From the IMG/VR virus record IMGVR_UViG_3300022753_002012: 20,000 nucleotides of DNA. The stretch is one strand, 5' to 3'. Shown here in pieces: positions 6,281 to 13,672 of the stretch. Source of the stretch: an uncultured virus (IMG/VR IMGVR_UViG_3300022753_002012). Lineage: Duplodnaviria; Heunggongvirae; Uroviricota; Caudoviricetes. The number at the start of each line of letters is the position of its first letter. The stretch's first letter is position 1. The notes below the pieces were generated by a model that was given only the letters and a program-made list of their open reading frames with translations, did not search any database and had not been told where the DNA came from. Position numbers and translations under genes: made by a program.

Positions 6281-7594
6281 ATGGATACCTATGAAATGAT
6301 GCCGTTTAAAGGAACGGCTGTTAAGATGCAACTCGTATCCAATGGTATATGCTATGGTCCGTGTCCTATGGTCAATGATGAAGTAGAACAGCGGGTCACC
6401 ATAACTCCCACGCATATATGGGTTAGCAGATATACATACGGAGATGGGTTCAATTACGGATTACAGCAAAAGTTTAATGGAAGAATAGCACGTGAGAATG
6501 GTGAAGCAATTCTAGCCGAACTTGGTACATATTTTAGTGATGAAAATAACCTCGACGCATTTGCCACGGATGTGGGGTCGTGGGAACTTATTTTAACAAA
6601 TGAAGAGGGTGACGCTTTTAAGTTTTTCGGCTCTTTGATATCGTTGAATACGGAGCTAGACAGCATTTGCGATGATATGCGTGAACGGCTTGATATGCCT
6701 TTTCTGTTTCTTTTTAATGGAGATGACAGGCAAGATAAGATAACTCGACTCACCATTGAGTATAGCCGAACAACCAAAATCAAGTCTAATCCCGAGCATA
6801 ACGTTCCATATGAGTTTGTTACATGGAATTATGCAGAAAAGATTACGATAGACCGCGAAAGCGAAACGTTAGAATATTTTAGGCGTATTGGAGAGGAGTG
6901 CGATACAACCTGGAAATATCACGTCGCAGAAGGCGTTCCTCATTTCCTTGATGATATTGACATCGATATGTTCGACGACATAGAGGGCAATCCTCCCGAC
7001 GCAATGGATGACCCAATGGAGAGCAAAAGCTACAAAATTATCATTGAGTTTGCTCATATGCCGGATAAGGTTATCACGGGTAGCTTCGACCGCTTGAGTC
7101 TGCCAAGCAAGTGGCCGTCCTTCGCAAAAGATCTAAAAGAATTTATGCGTTTTTATGGTGAGGGAGAAGTGATTGACCGTGTTCGTTATGAAGCGCAGAA
7201 GCAATGCCCAGGCGACATCATCTACCTGTCTGTTACCTTTGGCGAACACGGAAAGCGGTACTATTACCGAACCGAAGACAATTCTATTGAAATCGGAAAT
7301 TGGGTTGTCGTTCCCGTTGGAACTGACGGCAAGGAAAGAATCGTGAAGGTTGAGAAAAAAGAATATTTCCGGGAAGATAATGTTCCTATGCCTTTGGATC
7401 GAGTAAAAAGCGTAATTGAGGTGTTCAATCCTCCTGAATCGGGAGAGGCAGCCATGGACTGTCCGGTGCTCAATAAAAAAATCACGATGGATGAATGTTA
7501 TGAGTATTGTTTGAGCGGCTTTGATGTACCTACAGACGAGGAAGCCGAAGAATGCGATTTAAAGTGCGAAAAGTGTCGTTACTACGAAGATTAA
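6281..7594 (+). CDS. Hypothetical multidomain acidic protein with an SH3-like module and a C-terminal Cys cluster
   Basis: 437-aa ORF with AAAGGAG RBS. Contains YLSVTF...YYYRTED...IGNWVVVPVG (beta-barrel-like) and a terminal CPVL...CYEYC...CDLKCEKC. Confidence 0.8.
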   Translation: MDTYEMMPFKGTAVKMQLVSNGICYGPCPMVNDEVEQRVTITPTHIWVSRYTYGDGFNYGLQQKFNGRIARENGEAILAELGTYFSDENNLDAFATDVGSWELILTNEEGDAFKFFGSLISLNTELDSICDDMRERLDMPFLFLFNGDDRQDKITRLTIEYSRTTKIKSNPEHNVPYEFVTWNYAEKITIDRESETLEYFRRIGEECDTTWKYHVAEGVPHFLDDIDIDMFDDIEGNPPDAMDDPMESKSYKIIIEFAHMPDKVITGSFDRLSLPSKWPSFAKDLKEFMRFYGEGEVIDRVRYEAQKQCPGDIIYLSVTFGEHGKRYYYRTEDNSIEIGNWVVVPVGTDGKERIVKVEKKEYFREDNVPMPLDRVKSVIEVFNPPESGEAAMDCPVLNKKITMDECYEYCLSGFDVPTDEEAEECDLKCEKCRYYED

Positions 7595-7624
7595 AATTAA
7601 AACAAAAATAAAGGAGTTTTAGCT

Positions 7625-8014
7625 ATGAAAAAGGAAACATTGAGACAGTTGCTCGATATGGCGAAGGACGATAAGACCGCAGCCGAGGTTCTTGAGATGA
7701 TTCAAAATTACGAGGACAAGTATGAAGATGGCACGGATGGAACTACGGTGAAAATTAGAATTTTCAAGGGTCCCGATGGCAAGGTTGTAACGGAAATTTG
7801 CTCTTTGCTGGAGTACCGCGACATCTCAAAAATGACCTTAGAGGAACTGCGCGAATACTACGAAGAGCTTGAAGAAAGGCTCGATGAGGTGGAAAGCAAC
7901 GAACCCGACGACGAGGACGGGGACGAACACGCAGAATGGGAAGATGAACTTTCCGAGGTTGAGGAAGAAATGGATGCTGTAGAGGCTAGAATTTCCGAAC
8001 TTGAGGGAGAGTAA
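7625..8014 (+). CDS. Very acidic small helical/coiled-coil protein
   Basis: AAAGGAG RBS. About 30 of the last 59 residues are D/E, with hydrophobic residues in a helical periodicity. Confidence 0.85.
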   Translation: MKKETLRQLLDMAKDDKTAAEVLEMIQNYEDKYEDGTDGTTVKIRIFKGPDGKVVTEICSLLEYRDISKMTLEELREYYEELEERLDEVESNEPDDEDGDEHAEWEDELSEVEEEMDAVEARISELEGE

Positions 8015-8064
8015 TAATTTATAACCTTTTTGCGCTGATTGTCGATAAATGTGGAGGACGCTAT

Positions 8065-9579
8065 ATGAAGAAAGAATTTTCTTTTTTGGATAAAAAATTG
8101 ATGGGAGTAATGAGGGACTTGCTGTTTTCTTCGGAAACGATTGCAGGTATTTTCTGCATGTGCAAATCCCAAAAGAAGAGACAAAAGCTCTACAATTTCA
8201 TAATGGACAACCTTGAGTATGTAACTCAAAGCGATGTTCTTCATATGGCTGTAATGATTGACAACGCCAGAGAGCAGGTGATATATGAGGACACCATTGT
8301 CAAATATATCGGTGAGGATGATGGCGAAGTTGTCAACGGACATCTTTATCAAGCGGGAGTGATTTACGATGGTGGTGAGGTCTATAAGATTAGGACCGAA
8401 AAACGCCATATAAGAGAATATCCTGCCAATATGTTTATTGAGCAACGCGCTAAAAATATCAGGATAGAGTTTCTTGATAATCCGTTGGACGGAGAAATCC
8501 TTGATGGACTGCAAATGGACGAGCTGTATGACATAGTTAGCCGTGATAACGGAATGCTCACGTTAGAAAACGGCTGTAAATGCTTTAAGTTTAGAGGAAG
8601 CGGCGAGGACTTTGAAGACAAACCCGAAGAAAAAATAAAGGTTTTAGAGAAGAAGGAATTGCTCCGGCGTTATATTCTTCTTTCAAGATTTAGCTCTTCA
8701 ATGCACATTCGTCCGTACATAAGAGAAGATTGCAAGTATGTGTCCGAGTGGAGTGGTACTACCATCAAAGGCAAACAAACAATTATAGATCGCGCAAGAA
8801 TGGTCTTTAAGAATTGTCTCGACCATGAGATATTTTACCATATGAACACTGGTGTAATAGCCGACACCAACAACGAGGAACTGATTCCCGTAGGCACACC
8901 GTGTATGGGTATTTGGGAGAAAGGCAAACTTCGCAGCATTGTAATCATCGACGTGGATGAGGACGGTTACATTTATAAAATCAACTATTACAGCAATCCC
9001 GGCTTAAGCATTACGCCGGATATCATAAAAAGCAACTACATAGAGATAATCGATGGTCATGACACTGGCGGAGTGTTTTGGTTTAGACCTTGCAACGTTG
9101 ACTTGACCGATTACAAGGGCGCACGAGATTATTGGGATCAGGTAACAGAGTCAGCGGACGAAATATCTATTGATGATTTCGTTTTTGATGACTACCTTGC
9201 ATACTTCTTCTTGCAGGTATTCGATGAGAATTTAGATGCCAACAAGCTGCGGTACAATAGCGAAGAAGAGAGGCTCGTAAGCTTCGGGTGGAATTTGGAT
9301 CATAATTTTTACACCCGCGAACAAATGACGGCTGTTTTGGAGATGATATGGCAGCTCATTACAAGGATGGAGAATGCGGAGAAGGAAGAGGTCAAAAAGG
9401 CATATCCCGTGCTGGAAACGGAATATTGTAAACCTTTAGATGTCGTCGCCGCAATCTATGACAATCCGAATTATCATCCGTGTGCTGCTCACGATTTCTA
9501 TGTAAGGTTTATTAGAAAAATTAACGATATGATGGAGAAGAATCCAGAAATGAAATACTTCTCCGTAATGGGACCGTAA
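8065..9579 (+). CDS. Hypothetical multidomain protein (SH3-like modules, NTF2/SnoaL-like domain, unknown C-terminal domain)
   Basis: 504-aa ORF with GGAGG RBS. SnoaL-like pattern IREDCKYVSEWSGTTIKGKQTI...IDVDEDGYIYKI. Domain calls are tentative. Confidence 0.75.
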   Translation: MKKEFSFLDKKLMGVMRDLLFSSETIAGIFCMCKSQKKRQKLYNFIMDNLEYVTQSDVLHMAVMIDNAREQVIYEDTIVKYIGEDDGEVVNGHLYQAGVIYDGGEVYKIRTEKRHIREYPANMFIEQRAKNIRIEFLDNPLDGEILDGLQMDELYDIVSRDNGMLTLENGCKCFKFRGSGEDFEDKPEEKIKVLEKKELLRRYILLSRFSSSMHIRPYIREDCKYVSEWSGTTIKGKQTIIDRARMVFKNCLDHEIFYHMNTGVIADTNNEELIPVGTPCMGIWEKGKLRSIVIIDVDEDGYIYKINYYSNPGLSITPDIIKSNYIEIIDGHDTGGVFWFRPCNVDLTDYKGARDYWDQVTESADEISIDDFVFDDYLAYFFLQVFDENLDANKLRYNSEEERLVSFGWNLDHNFYTREQMTAVLEMIWQLITRMENAEKEEVKKAYPVLETEYCKPLDVVAAIYDNPNYHPCAAHDFYVRFIRKINDMMEKNPEMKYFSVMGP

Positions 9580-9583
9580 TAAG

Positions 9584-10303
9584 ATGAATAGTGATATAAC
9601 TTATGATTTGCAACGAATGGAGCTTAACAATCAGCTCTATGAAGCGTGTGGAAAAAAAGAGCTTGACCTGGAGCTGATTAAGCGACTGCTGAATAAAGGA
9701 GCCGATCCGTTGGGACCAACGGGCGAGTTCGATATTTTGGAGCACTTGTATGGAGAGATTGCCGGTGAATTGTGTTATGACGAGACTGAAAAATTGAAGA
9801 ATTTTCCCATCATAACCGAATTGTTTTTGAATGCCGGGATGGATATTTCCAAACCTCTTATTCCATATGATAATGCAAACAGCATAAATCCCTTGTGGGA
9901 ATTTGCGTTTGCCCCTTGTGAGGAGACGGCTGTTGCCATGAAAATGCTACTTGATAACGGATTGGATGCCGATTCGGTAGGGGCGTTTATAGACCACGCT
10001 ATCGGAGATTTCTTTTATTTGGATGGCGTAAATCCTAATGACGAGGATTGCGTTATCAATTGCACGTGGGTTATGAAGATGATAATGCTTGCCGCCTCGT
10101 ATCCGCACATACTAGAGGTGTATCCCCCCTTGAAGGAAATGATCCAAACAGAGAATAACGAATATGACTTGATGAATTTTAGAAACCTCAACGCTTTTAC
10201 CTATGAATTTGACGCAAGCACTGCAAGACTATATTTCATAGGCGGCACCGTGAGAATTTATGAAAAGGAAAGTAAGAAGCTTGTATGGACAATGAAGGTG
10301 TGA
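9584..10303 (+). CDS. Degenerate ankyrin-repeat-like protein
   Basis: Three ankyrin-type C-terminal turns: IKRLLNKGADP, ELFLNAGMDI, KMLLDNGLDA. Confidence 0.65.
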   Translation: MNSDITYDLQRMELNNQLYEACGKKELDLELIKRLLNKGADPLGPTGEFDILEHLYGEIAGELCYDETEKLKNFPIITELFLNAGMDISKPLIPYDNANSINPLWEFAFAPCEETAVAMKMLLDNGLDADSVGAFIDHAIGDFFYLDGVNPNDEDCVINCTWVMKMIMLAASYPHILEVYPPLKEMIQTENNEYDLMNFRNLNAFTYEFDASTARLYFIGGTVRIYEKESKKLVWTMKV

Positions 10304-10524
10304 AAGACTTAGCCTATTATTTGGCGCTCGATTACGAGCTTGTGGTTGTGCCGGACGAAGAAGAGGGCGGATATGTTGCATACTATCCCGATCTAAACGG
10401 ATGCATCACTTGTGCCGAAACGATTGAAGAGGCAAAAGCCAATGCTGAGGACGCCAAACGAGCGTGGCTAAATGCGTGTTTCGAGGATGGCGTTTCAATT
10501 CCGATGCCACACCCAAAGAGTTAA
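10300..10524 (+). CDS. hicB: HicB-family antitoxin (RNase H-like domain only)
   Basis: EEGGYVAYYPDLNGCITCAETIEEAKANAEDAKRAWL...DGVSIPMP is the canonical HicB N-domain. GTG 10300 overlaps the upstream stop (GTGA). Confidence 0.9.
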   Translation: MKDLAYYLALDYELVVVPDEEEGGYVAYYPDLNGCITCAETIEEAKANAEDAKRAWLNACFEDGVSIPMPHPKS

Positions 10525-10589
10525 TTTGACATTACTTTTGGCATTTCGTTAAAATCTTTTAATATTCCGCACAAATCGGCAATGAACCC

Positions 10590-10618
10590 TTGAAAAATTG
10601 AAGTTGTTGTGGTATAAT
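10590..10618 (+). promoter_or_regulatory. sigmaA promoter (extended -10) for the restriction operon
   Basis: TTGAAA (10590-10595), 17 bp, TG-G-TATAAT (10613-10618). A second candidate TTGACA-18-TAAAAT lies at 10526-10555. Confidence 0.7.
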
Positions 10619-10662
10619 GAAAACTGTATAATTATAAATCTTACTTGTTAGGAGATGAAATT

Positions 10663-10866
10663 ATGTCGGACGTTATGCAACAGCAGCCGGAACGTTGGTA
10701 TTCTACCAAGGAAATTTGTGCTCATCTCGGTATCAGTCGAGACACAATGCTTACCTGGATTCTTGAAAAAGAAATGCCTGCACACAAGGTCGGCCGCAAC
10801 TGGAAATTCAAAATTAGCGAAGTCGATGAGTGGGTTAGAAGCGGAAAGGCAGCGGACAAGGAGTAA
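10663..10866 (+). CDS. HTH_17 / excisionase-like (MerR-fold) DNA-binding protein, probable controller of the restriction operon
   Basis: RWYSTKEICAHLGISRDTMLTWI...MPAHKVGRNWKFKISEVDEWV. AGGAG RBS before ATG 10663. First gene of the RM operon. Confidence 0.9.
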   Translation: MSDVMQQQPERWYSTKEICAHLGISRDTMLTWILEKEMPAHKVGRNWKFKISEVDEWVRSGKAADKE

Positions 10867-10910
10867 CTTGCAATGATGAAAAATATCAAGAAATGGAGGG
10901 TCGACTCAAG

Positions 10911-11648
10911 ATGGCACAACAAGTGAAATCTAAACAGCGCGTAGCCGAGCGTGGAGAAGTTTTTACTGCCGAGCGAGAGGTGCAGGCTATGTGCGATTTG
11001 GTGAAACAGGAAACCGAACGAATTGATAGCCGATTTTTAGAGCCGGCTTGTGGCGACGGCAACTTCTTATCCGTTATACTTAAAAGAAAACTTGAGATCG
11101 TAAAAAAGAAATATAGACGTAGCGCCTACGATTGGGAAAGAAACTCCTTGCTGGCACTCGGTAGTATGTACGGTGTTGATATTATGCTGGACAATGTCAT
11201 AGCCTGTCAGGAACGCCTTTTTGAAATTTGGAATAAGGAATACAAAGCCGTTTGCAAAAAGGAATGCAATGAGGAAACACGAGAGTCGGCTAGATTTATT
11301 TTAAGGCTAAATATCGTGTGTGGAAACGCACTCACACTTCTTTGCGTGGATGCACAGGGAAACGAGCTGAATGTTCCTATCATCTTTTCCGAGTGGACAT
11401 TCCCGTTTAACGATGCTAGGATGCAACGCAAGGACTACACCTTTGCTGAACTTCTTGCCGCAGGGGACAAGCTCGAAAAGAAAGATGATCAATTAGGTCT
11501 ATTCGATGACGAAGAGGCACCAAGCGAAGAAGGTAATTTCCTTCAGCAATACATTGCTCACTACAGACGGATTAGTGAGGATGATACCAGATGGCGTGAA
11601 ACCTACCGTCACATAGAAATTAAGGAGGAGGACAGTGGCAATGGCTAA
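10911..11648 (+). CDS. SAM-dependent DNA methyltransferase-like subunit (motifs X/I/II present, no NPPY motif IV)
   Basis: GEVFT, FLEPACGDGNFL, MYGVDI, NIVCGNAL. No (N/D/S)PP(Y/F) anywhere in the ORF. GGAGG RBS at 10895-10899. Confidence 0.85.
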   Translation: MAQQVKSKQRVAERGEVFTAEREVQAMCDLVKQETERIDSRFLEPACGDGNFLSVILKRKLEIVKKKYRRSAYDWERNSLLALGSMYGVDIMLDNVIACQERLFEIWNKEYKAVCKKECNEETRESARFILRLNIVCGNALTLLCVDAQGNELNVPIIFSEWTFPFNDARMQRKDYTFAELLAAGDKLEKKDDQLGLFDDEEAPSEEGNFLQQYIAHYRRISEDDTRWRETYRHIEIKEEDSGNG

Positions 11649-13197
11649 TGGACTTTTTGATAATGTTTATAACCCCGATGTGCTTTCGTGCTTAGCAAAT
11701 CTTTCTAACGATGAGGTGTTTACTCCTCCCGAAGTTGTAAATCAGATGCTCGATATGCTTCCCCAGGAACTGTTCCGTAATCCTGATACCACGTTTTTAG
11801 ACCCTGCTTGCAAAACAGGCGTATTCCTTCGTGAGATTGCAAAGCGTTTGATTGTCGGACTTGAACCGCAGTTTCCGGACTTGCAAGAACGCCTTGACCA
11901 TATTTTCCATAATCAACTTTATGGTATAGCTATAACGGAATTGACAAGCTGGTTATCCCGTCGCGGTGTATATTGTTCTAAATTTCCTCATAGCGAGTTT
12001 TCGGTATCCTTTTTTGACGAAGATCACCAAGACGGCAATGTAAGATTTAAGAGAATGCATCACACATGGGATACTGCTAAACTGATGACCCTTGACGGAA
12101 AGAAACTTGGCAAGTGTATTTATTGTGGAGCAACACGTGATGAATATGACCGTGATGACGCTCTTGAAACATACGCATACGAATTTATCCACCGAAATTC
12201 CCCAGAGGAGATTTTTAATATGAAGTTTGATGTTATTATAGGTAATCCTCCATATCAATTGAGTGACGGGGGCAATGGAAAAAGTGCAAAACCCATTTAT
12301 CAACTTTTTGTTGATAGAGCAATGAAGTTGAACCCTCGGTATCTTTCCATGATTATACCATCTCGTTGGTTTTCTGGTGGCAAAGGATTGGATGATTTTA
12401 GAAAGTCGATGCTTTCGGACAGAAGAATGAGAAAACTGGTTGATTATGAGAATTTCAAGGATGTTTTCCCAGGAGTAGATCTTGCAGGTGGCGCTTGTTA
12501 TTTCTTGTGGGAAAAAGATTACGATGGCATGTGCGAGGTTGTGAACTTCAGTCGAGATAATCCATCTACAATGATGCGCTATTTAGATGAAAATGATACA
12601 TTTATCCGCCAAAATACCGCAATTGAAATTGTCAAAAAGATTCAGTCTCAAAGTAAAAAATACTTAAATGAACGTGTTTCGGCAAGAAAACCGTTTGGTC
12701 TTCCCACAAACTATATTCCCAAGGATAAGGGTATTCCTTGCTGGTTTATACAGCGTATTGGTTTGAGATATGCAGATCCCAGTGAAGTGGATGATTCCAA
12801 CGGATTCCTCGATAAATGGAAGTTCTTAATCCCCAAATCACCAATTGCAGGACAAACAGATTTTACAAAACCCGTTGGATTTTATTATGATGGTAATACG
12901 AGAATAGCAAAACCGGGTGAATGTTGTACCGAATCATGGATTGTTGCTGGTTCTTTTGATACAGAAGAAGAGGTCCTAGCATTTAAGAGCTATATTTTCA
13001 CTAAAACAGCTCGATTCCTCCTTCTTCAAACTGTAGTATCTCAAGATGTTACCAAAAAGAATTTTTGTTTTGTTCCAGATTTAGGTAAATATGAAGGTCA
13101 ATATACTGATAGAATGCTTTGCGAGAAATGGGGCATCACAAGCGAAGAGTGGTTATACATTGACTCGCGTATCAATAATATCGGCGATGATACCTAA
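11635..13197 (+). CDS. Amino (probably N6-adenine) DNA methyltransferase, Eco57I-like gamma class, with C-terminal target-recognition region
   Basis: DEVFTP, FLDPACKTGVFL, FDVIIGNPPYQ, IIPSRW. The start is GTG 11635 or ATG 11641. Confidence 0.93.
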   Translation: MAMANGLFDNVYNPDVLSCLANLSNDEVFTPPEVVNQMLDMLPQELFRNPDTTFLDPACKTGVFLREIAKRLIVGLEPQFPDLQERLDHIFHNQLYGIAITELTSWLSRRGVYCSKFPHSEFSVSFFDEDHQDGNVRFKRMHHTWDTAKLMTLDGKKLGKCIYCGATRDEYDRDDALETYAYEFIHRNSPEEIFNMKFDVIIGNPPYQLSDGGNGKSAKPIYQLFVDRAMKLNPRYLSMIIPSRWFSGGKGLDDFRKSMLSDRRMRKLVDYENFKDVFPGVDLAGGACYFLWEKDYDGMCEVVNFSRDNPSTMMRYLDENDTFIRQNTAIEIVKKIQSQSKKYLNERVSARKPFGLPTNYIPKDKGIPCWFIQRIGLRYADPSEVDDSNGFLDKWKFLIPKSPIAGQTDFTKPVGFYYDGNTRIAKPGECCTESWIVAGSFDTEEEVLAFKSYIFTKTARFLLLQTVVSQDVTKKNFCFVPDLGKYEGQYTDRMLCEKWGITSEEWLYIDSRINNIGDDT

Positions 13198-13234
13198 TCA
13201 ATAGATCTTTATAGTGATATGGGGAGCGATTGTT

Positions 13235-13672
13235 ATGGTAGAAAAATGGATTATTCCTTGCAATATTAAACGCTTTAATGTTATTGAGCATTTCCAGACA
13301 TCGAATACGGTGATTTGGAAAAATTCATTCACAATAAAAAAGAATGACATAGTTTATATTTATCTCGGTGCACCGTATGGTGAGATTAGATATCGTTGTT
13401 CTGTAATTGATGATGTTATCGACGAAGAAGTTTTACAGCTTCATCAATACGCTATACAAGAAGCACCGTCAAACAATTATTTTTCTAAAAAAATAAAGTA
13501 TGTTCAGCTACGACTAGAATGTGAATTTCCAGAAAAAACATTTACTTTAGAGAAATTAAGGAAAAACGGTCTTGGTCAGGTACAAATTCAAGCACGGGCT
13601 GATAGAAAACTTCGCACCTTTATTGAAAGCATCGAAGGTGTGATGGAGAAAGGAGATGGGATTGTTGGCTAA
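13235..13672 (+). CDS. EVE/PUA-like domain protein
   Basis: WIIPCN...F....IW....IKKNDIVYIYLGAPYGEIRYRCSV fits an EVE-type pattern (W...GD.VYIY). GGGGAG RBS before ATG 13235. Confidence 0.7.
   Translation: MVEKWIIPCNIKRFNVIEHFQTSNTVIWKNSFTIKKNDIVYIYLGAPYGEIRYRCSVIDDVIDEEVLQLHQYAIQEAPSNNYFSKKIKYVQLRLECEFPEKTFTLEKLRKNGLGQVQIQARADRKLRTFIESIEGVMEKGDGIVG

Noticed and set aside
7858..8514. Minus-strand Ser-rich 218-aa ORF
   Set aside because: It is the antisense shadow of Glu/Asp codons in the acidic gene.
10663..10866. Prophage/ICE excision module
   Set aside because: No integrase, att-like repeat or phage structural genes are present in the window.
10911..11648. First MTase as a frameshifted pseudogene fragment of the second
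   Set aside because: The second gene repeats the same N-terminal motifs, so the two are paralogues rather than two halves. No slippery or simple-repeat tract was seen at the junction.
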